The position numbers were made by a program, and so were the translations under genes. A stretch of 62,656 nucleotides of DNA, the filler included. It is 4 parts of 4 records of this genome, joined end to end, with 100 filler letters (N's around TTAATTAATTAA, not from the genome) between each part and the next. Parts side by side here need not be neighbours in the genome. Positions count along the whole stretch, not along the records: positions 1 to 16,856 come from SRR20825019_1658; positions 16,957 to 27,265 come from SRR20825019_1659; 2 more parts are not named here. The stretch is one strand, 5' to 3'. A model generated the notes under the pieces. That model searched no databases and was not told the DNA's origin. It saw only the letters and a program-made list of their open reading frames with translations. Positions 1 through 18,194 of the stretch are shown piece by piece; position 1 is the first letter of the stretch, and the number at the start of each line of letters is the position of its first letter.

Positions 1-593
1 GCTGGTTCAAACCAATAAATTCATTCATGCCGGCCGGCCGGGCGCGGCCACCGGGCCCCGTGAACAAGGAGAATGGATCCGAACCAGTTACGGCCGCACC
101 GTGAGGGAGGCGCCCGGGCCCGGGGTCCCAGAGAAGGCGACCGCCCTGGGCAAAAACGGAGTGCCAGCTCCGGCCACGCCGCCGACCCGGGACCGGGACC
201 TGACCCCATTCCGTTCCTGGCCGGGGCGGTTGGCTTGTTGAACACATCTTGTGTATAAGAGCTTGTGAACTGTGCACTGACTGCAGAGCACAAGGTCACG
301 AGAGGAAGAGGGCAGCTGTCGTCCAGCCAGTGATGCAGGTGAGAGAGCAGTGTTCTCACTTAAGAACTGTGAACTTTGAACTGTGGCTTAATGTCGGTTG
401 TGCTTGTCTCAGGCTAGCACCTCTAGCACGTATGCGCTTGCTCAACGCATCCTTGCGCAAGTGGTGACTGGGTGTACCGTCTACAACAACAGAAAGTCTC
501 CGGGTCTGAAGGACGAGCGTGGTACGATCATCCTTGTGTACAGTCAAATCTCACGCTGATTGTGATACTGCAGACACCAGGCCCTCCGATGCC

Positions 594-2043
594 ATGCCTC
601 CGCAGGTGCACCTCACCTCCCGGCAAGAGATGAGCGGGGAGTTGAGACTAAAGATGGCGGTATGTTTGAGGAGATGAGCGCAGCCGGTTATGTGCTAATT
701 TCCGCTGCTGTCAGGTGGTTGGAGGGCCTGGCGTTGGGAAGACAAGCCTTGTCCGCAAGTTCTGCAAGGGAACAAATACCGAGACATATGATCCTACCAT
801 TGGATATGACTGGATGAGTGCTCAGCTTGACACTGGAGACCACGTTGTTTCCAACAGGCCAGTGCGTATTGTGTTTTGGGACAGCTCGCACGCCGAGGTG
901 GATGGTAGCCACAACAAGTATGGATGTATTCGCGCAATGATGACGGCTCTGCTTACTTGACGCAGGACTCTATTTGAAGGGGCAGATGCTGTACTTATTG
1001 TCACCACAGCCACTTCAAGAAGCAGTTTACAATGGGTTGACAGGTGGAGACGAGAATACGAGACAAATACGTCGTGGTTGGAGGCCCGACCACTGCTGTT
1101 CCTGATGGTGCACAAAGCTGACTTGGCCGGTCATATCATAACGGAGCCTGGATTAGCATCCTACGCACGGGCAGGGGGCTATTGCGACTGGTGGTACACA
1201 ACCATATACGATGATCACTCCGTATACGGGTCTGTAGGTGATGCCGTGACTGGCATTGCGGGCCGTGTGCTGAAGCGCCTTGCCTTATCCGAAATGAGGA
1301 GTGCTTTGGGAATGGACTCGACGATGGCATCGACACCGCTTCTTGGTAGCACTCACGGAAGTCCCGAATCTAGTCCTCGGAATCGCGGATTCGTCGATGA
1401 CATCTGGTCGTCTGCGTTGCTGACCAGTCCCGGAAATGACAGTTTCGTGACTGCGCAGGCAGGCGACAGCTTCTTCACCGCTGACGACGTCAGAGATGAC
1501 ATCGAGTCTGATGACGGTGCCATAACTACCGAGCTGTACCCAGAATTAATGGACAACCCTCGATACGGCATGGAGGTGAATGCGGGTAGTGTTCAACATT
1601 GATAGGGATTACTAATGGTACGATAGGCGCCTTCCTTAGATGTGGGGGAGCGGTCTTCATCCCGCGGGGTGGTGAGTGACGAAGTCACTGGCTTTTTTGA
1701 TATACAGGTTTGGATAAGAGCTGTGCATACCCTTGTAGTTGTCTGAACAAACACGCAGAGTATGGTGTCCAGGTTCTACAGCCGCCTGGAAGAGGACTTG
1801 CTAAGGTTCGAGGACATGTCCTATGAGAGTGGATGGATTAATATCACAGCACTCTTGGAGCAGTGTCGTCAAGAAAAGGTCCGGCTGAGCGCAGAGATCT
1901 ACTCTTCCAACCTCGCCGGGAGCGAACCCAACCCTTCTGCCGTGCAGCAGAGTATGCTCAGAATGATTGGCGACATGAACAAGTGGAAACAGGCATTGTA
2001 CAAACTCAACATGGAACGTCGACGCATCCAGCGGTCCCGATAG
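594..2043 (+). CDS. Atypical Rab-like small GTPase with long C-terminal extension (spliced, 5 exons)
   Basis: ATG594, GT-AG introns (e.g. 660-714). P-loop GGPGVGKTS, YDPTIG, FWDSSH, VHKAD. Last exon ends TAG 2043. Confidence 0.75.
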
Positions 2044-2085
2044 CCCGCGGAGAAGGTTTAACTTGCAAGCATCAAGGGAATACTT

Positions 2086-3866
2086 CTAGATTGCGGATGG
2101 CTCCATGGTCTGTCCTGTGCAAGAGAGCACGCGCTGCCAGGTTCGTCCTTGAGACCGCACACGTCGCGGGACTTCGACTACCTTGGCAATAGGGATATAT
2201 ACTGTCCGGTTGTTGACGACACCTGCGCCTAGGTTAGCTTTCTAGAATCCTCTTCGAATCGATGTGGCGCAAACTTGCCTGTCGTGAAACCTGTGAAACC
2301 GGCCATCGCGCCGTGCACTGCCTGCTGAGCGAGGAGAAGGCACATCATGGAGTCACCAGAGTTGGCCTTTGTCGAGCGGATCATATAGCTTTGTCACGTC
2401 AGCTTCTGCGATGCGGGGGGAGGACAACACCACATACCTCGGATCAATATACTTGACTGTAGCCTCTGTGCTCTTTTTCTCAAAGTACTGGCTCACCTCG
2501 TTTTTCAGCCACAATCCAATCTCAGGAAGCTTCTTGTTTCCCGAGGGATCCGTGCCGGACGAAGGAAGGATGTCATGGCCCGCTCCCTCCGCAACCACCA
2601 CTACTGCATTGCCGTGGCGCTTGACGTGCGCCTCAAGATAGGGCAGAATGCCATCAGCACCTTCCAGCTGGAAGGGCACCTCTGGGACTAGGCAAAGGTT
2701 TACTTCCCTCGAGGCAAGAGTGGTATGTGCCGCCACAAAACCCGCCTCACGTCCCATTAGTTTGACTATACCAATTCCATTGGGTGCACACTTGGCCTCG
2801 ACGGCAGCGCATTGAACTGCCCGCACTGCCTCCTCAACCGCCGTGTTGAACCCGAACGAACGGTCGATAATGCCGATGTCATTGTCAATAGTCTTTGGGA
2901 TTCCACATACTGACACAGGGAGGGAGCGATCCCGAAAGTAGTCTGCAAGCTTGAGAGCACCGCGATGCGTGCCGTCTCCACCAATAACGTATACTTGGGT
3001 GATGCCGGCTTTTAGAATGGCCTCAGCAATCTTCTCGGTCTCCGCACCTCCGCGCTGTGTTCATGTCAGATACGGTCATAATGCAGGTTCAAATGCTTGA
3101 ACTCACACTGGATCCAAGGATGGTGCCCCCCTTACTTGTGATACCCTCAACAGACTGGCATATAGTTAGCGCATATCATCACTCTCGTAGGAGCAACCTA
3201 CCGTTGGGGTCAATTGCAGTGGAGGCAGGTACTGCGAGTCATAGAAACCGCGATATCCGCACTTGATTCCCAGAATGTTTCTTACACCGTAGTTATGCCA
3301 CAAAGTTAGCACAGTGTCGTGTATGATATTGTTGAGACCTATCGGTTCCGTTAGCGAATCCCAGGCAACTCAAAGCATTACACGCACCTGGGCACAGTCC
3401 TCCACACGTCACCACAGCAGCAACAGCCGTTTTGGGGTTGACAGGAAGAACCTCGCGTGGACCGGCGCGAACAAAACTGTGTAGCGTCCCTGACGAGGCT
3501 TGGCCCTGCACAATGTCTGCAAGAACGCACTCGTCCTCCTCGATGTACTCTACGTAAGGAACCTCCGTCTTGAAGTCTCCAAGCGCATTCTGCGCAAGGG
3601 GGAGTGGGTTTAGATACATCACATCACAACCCCATCACATCACAACCCCAGACCCATACCGAGTGAATAAAGTTCTTGTGCTCAAGTGCACTTCCGTGAA
3701 TCTTATCAAGACTGTGCACTACAACTGTATAGGCGTTCTTCGCCTTGAGAACTTTGGTGCGCTCTTGGTCCACACCACTCTCAAACCCGACCTTTACCCT
3801 AGGTAGCGACATACCATTAAGCTCACTGTCGAACGCATTACAGTCTGGTAGACCTGTCCACTGCAC
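2086..3866 (-). CDS. PFK: 6-phosphofructokinase, plant/protist type (spliced; 5' exon(s) beyond 3866 not resolved)
   Basis: [59 protein letters not shown]. Introns carry GCTAAC/CTGAC branch points. Confidence 0.92.
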
Positions 3867-4720
3867 CTATATACCAGTCCTAATATTCCCTCCGCGCAGA
3901 CCTTGCAAGAAGTTCACTGCGGAGCGGCACAGTTTGGAAAGGCGGCCGCCCGGGCGAAGCTTCAGGGTTTCGCGACCGCATTGCGAACAACAATGTCTGC
4001 TGTGGAGATGATGGCCTCCTCAAGTATTCCTTGTCGCACACCCAGCAGTCGCATCGCCGGCCATCTGACGGCTACAGCCTTAGGTGAAGGAGACTGCTAC
4101 GGGGGAGGGCGAGGGCTCGCGTGTGAGTCAACCAGTGCCTCTTCGAGGGGTCAGCCGGGGGCGAGGGTGCCGCGACTACAGAGCCGGGTGATCACACTCC
4201 CAAGTTGGGGTTCAGTTGGGGGCTGCGCGAGTTGCATCCACTCATGTGTGCACGCGTGACGCTACTAAAATTAACAGTGCGATGACTGTAGGATACCACC
4301 GCAATGTCAATCGAAGCGACACCGCATCATCACATAGATTGATAGCTCCCGCAGGATTTCGGATAGAATCCCAGCCGTTATGTTACTTCCGCGCGGCTGA
4401 GGACAAGTTGACGTTCCCAACACACGCAGTTCAGCACAGACTGCCAGGTGCACGCTCGGCCAGAGCACTGTCAGGCCCGGCCCGCCGCAGCCCGGCCGGC
4501 GCTGTTGGCCACTGACGACCGGCCGTACGTGACGTCTGCCGGGCCCGGGGTGAGTGCCCCAAGAATGATCCGTGGTGGGTTCAGTGCCGGCGACGTGAGA
4601 TAACTGGGGCATCATGATGTGCCCAATGTGACGGCGGCGGTCGGGTTCTCAATGCTCGCGACGGCACCTGAGACATATGTATGACTAGTGTGAACCTCAC
4701 TAGCAGTGTCTGCAGCGGTC

Positions 4721-7700
4721 ATGCCGGAGGGGATCCAGCATGCGTTGTGGATGGAGGACGCTACTGAGGGATGGCTTGCTGCCACCGCAGGGCGGCTGGA
4801 AGGCCACGACGTCGCGGTTTTGCCACGGAATCCAGAGGAGGATCCGCTGAAACTGGCGGACGATGATCTGTCGTCGATTTCTTTCCTGCATGAAGCGGCC
4901 ATCCTAAACTGCATCAGCACACGCTTCGAGAATGGCATGCCGTACACGAAATGTGGTAGCCATTTTGTTGCTGTCTGCCCTAATACGCCCAAGAGTGGCT
5001 CCGACACACACCTTCGTCACTCCTCGGTTGTGGAGGCTACGGCAGAGAGCCCCCCCGCTGTGGCGAAGGAAAGAAGCGCTTCCGTGGCATCATACGCTCG
5101 GTCAGTTCATGCGCGCCTCATTGGCACGCGGGAGCCACAGGTGGTTTTTATGGGAGGCGCTGCGGGGTCTGGCAAGACTGAGCTTGCACTGGACATGATC
5201 AAGCACTTGTGTCATTGCAGTGCTGTTGCGCCGTGGGGCGAGGATGGGTCAACGCCTACAGGCCTCAAGCTATATGATCAAATGGAAGCAGCGCATACCA
5301 TACTCCGTAGTCTGGGGTGTGTAGAGACAAGAAGGAACCGTCTAACGAGTAAGATAGGCCTAAGCACCACTCTAAAGTTTGCCGATGACGCTGGTGTTGT
5401 GGGGGCATCTATCCTTCCCGTTTTCCTTGAATCATCCTCAGTGTCGACTCCATCCCTTAATGGTGCCAGGAACTTTCATATATTCTATGAGCTCTTGGCA
5501 GGGCTCAACGACGGGGAGCGGGAAGCATGGAAACTTCCTGTTGCGGAGAATGCGCGTGATTTTTGGTATCTGTCGGCAGAGGGAAGCGCAGGCTGCCACA
5601 GCGAAGATGGAGCGAATTTCCAGGCTGTGCGGTGAGTGCTGATGGTAGTGACGTTTGTGTATCATAATAACTCTAATACTATGTGCCCAGAAATGCCCTC
5701 AAGGTGGTAAATTTCACAAAAGAAGATCAACGCTCTATCTTCCGGGCCCTAGCTGGCATTTTGTTTCTGGGGAATGTGACCCCCGAGGTAAACGCCAACG
5801 GGGACTGCACCCTAAGGGATTCGGAGGCGTTAAACCAGGCGTGTGGCCTTCTTAAGATAGACAAGGCCGTTCTCAAGCGTATGGTATGCACAGGGGAGGT
5901 GGGACCGAGCATGCTGGATCACGCACAGGATCTCCTCACTGTTACTCCCAAGCGGTTTCAGGATGCTATGGACCATGCCACCCCCTCCACCACAGCGTCC
6001 ATGCTAACGCCTCACACGGGGGCCTCGAAGGGTCAGTCCCGCTCACCATTAGCTGGAAACCCCAAAGATGAGGCCGTTGTGCGCCGTGATGTGCTGGCTA
6101 GGGCCTTATACTCACGAATCCTAGAATGGATATGCCGCCGTGTGAACATGCTACTCTATCGCCGGGCGAGCGTGGCGGAGCCACTGTCCCTCACCGTGGT
6201 TGATTTCCCCGGGCCACGGCTAACTGAGACGGCAGGAGGTGATCTGGAAGATCTGTGCGTGAATTACATGAACGAAAGGCTCTATAACAAGTACCTATCT
6301 GCCATAGTTGGGAGCCCTCAGGCTTTGTACCAAGAAGAAGAACTTCAGTGGAGCAAATTGGATGTGAGAACCAACCGTGACGTGCTGGACCTAATAGACG
6401 GAGTGGACGATGGGCTGTTCTTTCTTCTTGATGAGCAGTACGATGTCACATCTTCGCGCCCACCAAACGATGCGGATCTGCTGGAAGCGATTGTCGCCAA
6501 TCTGGGTTCGGAGATGGCCTTTGGCGGGCAGCGGTCCATGCCCTTTGCAGGTTTCACGGTGAGGCATACCTGGGCCCCGGTCACCTATCACATCAACGGC
6601 TTTGTCAAGTCTGGCGTCGCTCTTCAAACAGCCGACGCAATGGTAAGCAAGTGTGCTCTACCCTTTGTGACGAACCAGCGCCTTGGCGGAGTGGGGTCCG
6701 GGGGCCAGTCCGAAAGCCACCAGAGCATTGGGCTGATGTGCAAGGAGCGGGTTGCCATGTTGATGCAGAATCTTTCCGCAGCCAACGTAAATTTGGTCAT
6801 GTGCATATCTCCCAATGACTTTCGTGCCCCGCGGCAGGTTCAACGTGTCCATGTGTTGCAGCAGATTAGGGATCTCAGCATGGGTGCAGTTGCCAAGATG
6901 GCCCGCTGGGGCTACCCTCTGTCAATGGAATTTGAAGATTTCATCGGGAAATATGGGGTTATCAACAAGAAGGCCTCGAGTCTCACCCTCCGTTCTGCCC
7001 CGCGATTGTCCTGTCAGCTGCTGTTGGACTCTATATCGATGGAGCAGAGCTGCTTCCAGCTGGGCACGACGCGTGTCTTTGTATCCTCAGTTGGCGCGGC
7101 TGTGTTGAGCGAGATCGAAACGGGCTCAGCTACCTCATTTTATGATTGTGATTCCATTGCGTGGTACCGAAAGACACTAGGATCTACTTGCCAGGAAGCC
7201 GGGCCGCCGTCCCCCGCAATGAAACCCGCAGCTGCTACTGCAACGACTTCCACGTCCCCATTGGGAGCACTGCGTGCGCTCACTCGTAGTGCGGCGACCC
7301 TGATGTCAACTTGGACGTCACCTTCAAAGGAGAAGGGCGCAACAGCGGTGAACGAGGTAGAGTCAAACAATGAGGGCGCTGGTGCATCAACTGAAAGGTC
7401 GCACCGCGACGACCGGAGTGTGATGTCCGGCCCTGGGGGCACAAAGAGTGAAGGTGGTGGCAGCTTCGTGGATGAGTTAATGGCCGATACGTATCAGTAT
7501 GAGAATGATATAATCAAAGCTCCCAAGGCGAGCCCCCGCCATGTGATGAATCACCGCCGGCGTCAGTTTGAAGAACAATCAGCATCTCCATCACGATCCA
7601 CTATTAATGCTGGTAAGGATCAGGTGAGTCTTCTGAAGGCACATGCTGGTCATGCTATCAGCCCTGTTCGGGAGGAAGGAGCAAATGGAGGGCACGCCGA

Positions 7701-8109
7701 TAGTCCTGCACAAACCGTCCTTTTTGTGACCCCTGAGAAGGACAAGAAGAAATCTGCCAAAGTAGTGATGAAGAAATCTTCGAATCAGGACCTCATCCCC
7801 AGCGGTCGGCACAGGGTTGAGAAGGGGAAGGACAAGGAGAAGGGAAGGGACTCTGATGCCTTGCGAATGGCAAAGTCGATTCTCCAGGAGCGCAGAAACG
7901 GCACCAACAGCGCACCATCCTCACGTGCCCCGAGTGATAGCGAAGATGATAACCCGATTGTAGTCGATACTGCGCCGATGGACGACTCCATTGTAGTGCG
8001 ATATACGGCAACACTGCCAGACGGTCGGAAAGAGCGCATAATGAGAGGTGTTCATCAGAAGTACCGGGGCTGTGACGTTATTGAAGGTGACAAATGCACG
8101 ATTATGTGA
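4721..8109 (+). CDS. Divergent myosin motor-domain protein with disordered tail and C-terminal CaaX (CTIM); intron 5632-5690
   Basis: DDLSSISFLHEAAILNCI, GAAGSGKTE, RNFHIFYELLAG, RDVLARALY, LCVNYMNERL, GLFFLLDEQ, FTVRH, CISPND, FQLGTTRVF. Confidence 0.88.
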
Positions 8110-8116
8110 GGAATGT

Positions 8117-13826
<5,710 letters not shown>

Positions 13827-14574
13827 GTCTGGTTTTTTCTGCAGCTTGTTACACACTTAATTAAATCTGATCGTATTTGTGTGGTTTGGGCCCAACCCAA
13901 AAATCTACGCTCTTGCAGTCTCAGTCACGTGGACCAAGAGGTGACGTTCCGTGCTGTCTCTTCCTTTTTTGGGCTTTGCTTTGCTCGGCAACGACTCACC
14001 ATACTGCTTTCTGGAATTAGCCGCTGATGTAGTGGGCAGCTGGTGGTCGGGGAGTATCCGGGCTGCAGGAGCGTGCTGGCCGACCAGCTTGGTGGAGTGC
14101 TTGGCTGGGGTCACACAACTTGTTAATGGGGCTGATAGCTAGCTAGCTAGATAGCAAGCTCTAGTAGAGCTATCCTGGCTGGGGCCTTAGCGAAACTCCA
14201 GCCAGCCACATGCAGTGCGGTGCGCGGCATATTGATGATTCGATGGCCGCTCATGCCGCACGGCACTCATGATGCGGCCGCACGCCTGCAACGCTCCGAC
14301 CCGAGGACGCGCGCCATCCGCCAGCGTGCCAACCGTCCGTTCCCGTTCGCTCCACTCCCGATTGTTCTGTGTGCGGTGCGTCAGTGGCAAGTCATGGGAA
14401 GCATGGTTTATTGTGCCAGTTCCCCCATTTGGGATGCTTGCGGATTACTGTGGTTTAGGATGAAATTATGGACCGGATCATGTCGCATCCCTCGGCAAGG
14501 CACAGACGGGTATCCCGACGCGTCATGCATATCCTGCTAGGAGACTATACAGTGCTATCTGACCGCAGTGCCCT

Positions 14575-16324
14575 TCAGTACATGAATCCCTTCTCGCGAG
14601 CACGCTTGACAGTCGCCTCCAAACTTGTTTGTGGGTCCATTGTAGTGCCATCCGGTCGAACGACCTCGACAATCCTTCCATTGCAACGAGAATATTTCAC
14701 TCCTCCCCACACGATAGTATTGTCGGAGAACATGGTATACACTGCGCATATTGGTTCCATGATAAGATGGAATAACAGCCCCACCATTAACTTGGCCACT
14801 GATACACTCTGGTGATCGATGACATGGTCCGCCTGTGCATCTAAAGTTAGTGTGAACACATTAGACAACTCGCAGTCGCACCTCATCAAGACTCGTCTGA
14901 CCTAAATTCCACATCTTAGACATATTTGTCACAAGGTAATAGAGAGAAAAGGCCATCCAGCCCCATCCCAGAGCTGTCAATGACCACAAGGCACCAGAAG
15001 ATGGACATCCTGGCACAGAACCCAAAAACCATGTGTATCCGTGATTCACAGTTCTGCATTGCTCACTGAGACCAATATCAAAACGGAGAGACTTCTACTT
15101 ACAGCAGATACCCCTGAATGATCCACAAAGGCAGAACCATTAAAACCAGTAGAGGCTGCACTGCGCTTGTATACAAAATGCCGCTGTAGAACCACTTGCT
15201 GAAAGTTGAGTAGTAAGTATTAAGGGCATACATTTGGCGTCGCAAAAACCGCCAATATCTGAAAAAATTCCTTAAAAAAACAAATTAATGCGGCCAAATA
15301 TATAACTTACGTCATAAAATTGTCTTGAACATCTACATTGGTATAAACAATGGAGTCGTAGGGGTGAGCAATCCCTCGTTGCATCTCATGGCAGAGACTA
15401 GTAATAATGAGGTCGTCAGAATATCCTCCATCCCTCCACGCGTGAAGCAAGTTGTGAGGATTTGAGATCAGTTCTTCCCTTCTGAACATCATGCACCCTC
15501 CCCAAACAAATCCTGGGCGCTCGGTGGTGTACCCCGCCAAGTTCCTCCACCGGAATATACACATCATGTAAGCAGCCATGCCCGCCGAAGGATCAGGAAC
15601 GTCCAATGGATGACCAGTACCCACCAAAATATTGGGGTCTGCATCAAGGTGCTCACACAGCGACAAGATAGAAGACCCTTTCATATACATATCACTATCA
15701 ACAAACAGAACATACTGAGAGTTTGCGTCCGTCTCAGGTATGCCTTCCATGATATTATGAAGCTTTTGGCTAGAATGAAATGAATACCCCGCCTCCACTA
15801 CCCGCACGGTCATGAGACCGTCAAATTCTTTAGCCAGCTCCCTGCCGAGAGCGTTGGCTGGTTCCTTGTCATCTTCCACCATGATCAGGAGTTCCACGGA
15901 TCCTTCGGGAACTTGAGAGAGTAAGTGGCGCCAGTGCGAAACTGTCTTCTTGCACGCCCCCTTTACAGGAGCAACTATAGAGACAACGGGGGATGATCTT
16001 TTCCCTTTAGCAACTAGCTTTTGCCACCTGGTGGACTAGTCTCGTCTGTCAAAACTCAGACCGTAAACTTGACTACATGTACACTTACAATTCCCTTGTA
16101 GTCTTCTTCGCGTAATAGATGAGAGCGCGTCCGACTGACCATGATCCATCCAAACTACCATTCAAACATATCAGTCACACAAGACCGCACTGTGCCTTGC
16201 TGTTGCTTACCCCAAGGAGGAACAAGAATAGAGAGAGTTGAACGTTTGCCCAGACAAAAACCCCTCCACAAACGTCGCCATCAACCAATGCTTGCTGAAA
16301 CACTTGTGCCACACTGGAATACAT
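14575..16324 (-). CDS. Ceramide glucosyltransferase (GT21, plant-type; spliced)
   Basis: SQKLHN, YVLFVDSD, GHPLDVP, FVWGGCMMF, RDGGYSDDL, YWRFLRRQ, TIVWGGVKY. N-terminal TM exon starts at ATG16324 (start inferred). Confidence 0.82.
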
Positions 16325-16856
16325 TGTTGGCTTGTTCCTTGCTTCTCTACTATGAGTGAACTAATGGTTATTTCAGAACTAGCTGGTGAGTATGTGGTGC
16401 ATACCAATTTGCGTGGCTGACGGGCCCGCACCCCGATTTGCCACTCCGGACCCGCCGGCCGGCGGTCTCGGCGGACGCGGCCTGGCGGCGGGCTGGGGGC
16501 CCGGCCGGGGGCCCGCCGGGCTCGACGCAGTCAAACGCACGCCCGGCAGCCGGGGTCGGCCGGAGGCACGGCACGCCCGAAACCCGCCGCGAGAATGACC
16601 TTTACGGGATTCCATGGTGATGCGGAAAGCGAATCTATTTTGGTTCAATAAAGACTATATATTATGACTCCTAAACATTCATCTATCTGTCGTCCTATGC
16701 CACCAATCGGATTACCCAGAACGACGGGGATCAGGAACTTGGAAACTGTGTAGGCCGACCGGACACACGGTGAAGCGGGCAGCCTGGAGCTGGGGCGCAT
16801 TTGAGCGGTGGGATCGGTGACCCGGCGGGGGGGGGGGGGGCCGGCCGCAGCCGCAA

Positions 16857-16956
16857 NNNNNNNNNNNNNNNNNNNNNNNNNNNNNNNNNNNNNNNNNNNN
16901 TTAATTAATTAANNNNNNNNNNNNNNNNNNNNNNNNNNNNNNNNNNNNNNNNNNNN
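16857..16956. other. Artificial contig spacer N44-TTAATTAATTAA-N44
   Basis: 100 nt with a six-frame stop linker; three identical copies in the window. Confidence 0.98.
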
Positions 16957-16957
16957 G

Positions 16958-17776
16958 ATGCCGGAGCATTTGCTGAGCAATGATCTGGCATTGATGCAGT
17001 ATGATGATCCGCTGGCACTTGCGGTGATTGCAACCAAGGATCCGGAAAGCCCGATGGCATTGGCCGCAGCGATCCGTATGGGACCGCACGCCAAGTGCAA
17101 GGAACTTATTACCGGCGTTTTTGAAGTGGTGTCAGAAGCAACCAAGCATGAACTGGTGGCCGATTGCGCCAAGCTTCTGTCGCGGAATGCGTTCAGCCCG
17201 GAAGCGTTCCAGTTGGTTCGCAACCGCGCAAGCAACCATGTTGTCGAAATTCGCGAAGCCTATCGCCGGGCGATGGCGGGCAATTTGCGCGCGCTTCTGG
17301 ATGGCAAGATGGCCGCGCGCGAATTTGTCGAGGAATTCATCGAACTGGCATCGCATGGCAATCTGCGGATTGATATCTATCGTCGTCTGGTGATGAAGCT
17401 GATGCGTTCCGACGCCGTGCGTCCAAGTGTCAAATTCATGCTTCTGGAGCGGCTTGATAAATTTCCGCAGATGGTCAAGCTGCAGATTGTTAACGAGGTT
17501 AACTCTGCGCCGGATACGCCGGAATACCAGACCCTGAAACAGGAACTGCGCTGGATCTACGAAAGCAAGGCGCGGGAAAAGACCACGCCAGAAGCGTCGG
17601 AAACATCGAAAAACTGGTTTGGCGGTTCGTCACTTGATTACGGTGCCGCAGCAGGGCTTCAAAGCCGCAATGCGATCATCAAGCCCCAGCAGCCAACGCT
17701 GAAACGGCAAAGCGTTCCGTCGATGATGGCCAGTGGCGGGTTCAGTTCACGTGAAATTTCATCCTGGCTGAACTGA
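16958..17776 (+). CDS. Hypothetical helical protein (possibly 5'-truncated at the contig edge)
   Basis: 272-aa ORF with bacterial codon usage; no family recognised. Confidence 0.7.
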   Translation: MPEHLLSNDLALMQYDDPLALAVIATKDPESPMALAAAIRMGPHAKCKELITGVFEVVSEATKHELVADCAKLLSRNAFSPEAFQLVRNRASNHVVEIREAYRRAMAGNLRALLDGKMAAREFVEEFIELASHGNLRIDIYRRLVMKLMRSDAVRPSVKFMLLERLDKFPQMVKLQIVNEVNSAPDTPEYQTLKQELRWIYESKAREKTTPEASETSKNWFGGSSLDYGAAAGLQSRNAIIKPQQPTLKRQSVPSMMASGGFSSREISSWLN

Positions 17777-17777
17777 T

Positions 17778-18092
17778 TTAAGCCAGACGACTGGCGGGTT
17801 TTGTTGTTTCCGGGGGCTGCGTGGCCAAGCCTGCCTGATGTTCCAGATAAACTGTGCAGACGACGCGCAGAAGCGATGCGAAATTGGGAATATCGCCGCG
17901 CTGGCTGACAACTTCATCATGCAGTTTGCCAAGAAATTGCGGGGTGCTGAAGCCTTCGCCCGCGGCGATTTCATCAAGGATCTGCCAGAATCGCTGTTCA
18001 AGGCGGACACTGGTTACAACGCCATTGATGCGCAAAGATCGACTGACGGACTGATAAAGTTCGGGATTGGTGCCGGAATAGATCTGACACAT
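17778..18092 (-). CDS. Ribbon-helix-helix domain protein (RHH_4 type)
   Basis: MCQIY..SRSLRINGVVTSVRLEQRFWQILDEIA..FASLLRV; GGAGAGG RBS. Confidence 0.85.
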   Translation of the reverse strand: MCQIYSGTNPELYQSVSRSLRINGVVTSVRLEQRFWQILDEIAAGEGFSTPQFLGKLHDEVVSQRGDIPNFASLLRVVCTVYLEHQAGLATQPPETTKPASRLA

Positions 18093-18194
18093 GATGACGA
18101 CCTCTCCTGTTTTTGCCACCGACGATGGAACGTCGGTGGCTGGTTACAGGGTCATGGTCCGGCAAACCGTGCCGAAAGGCAATCGCCGATTGTT

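Noticed and set aside
14130-14176. (TAGC)n self-complementary patch as a transposon end
   Set aside because: Short microsatellite-like tract with no partner terminal repeat or target duplication seen.
16901-16912. TTAATTAATTAA as a biological repeat or target site
   Set aside because: It is a six-frame stop linker centred in N runs.
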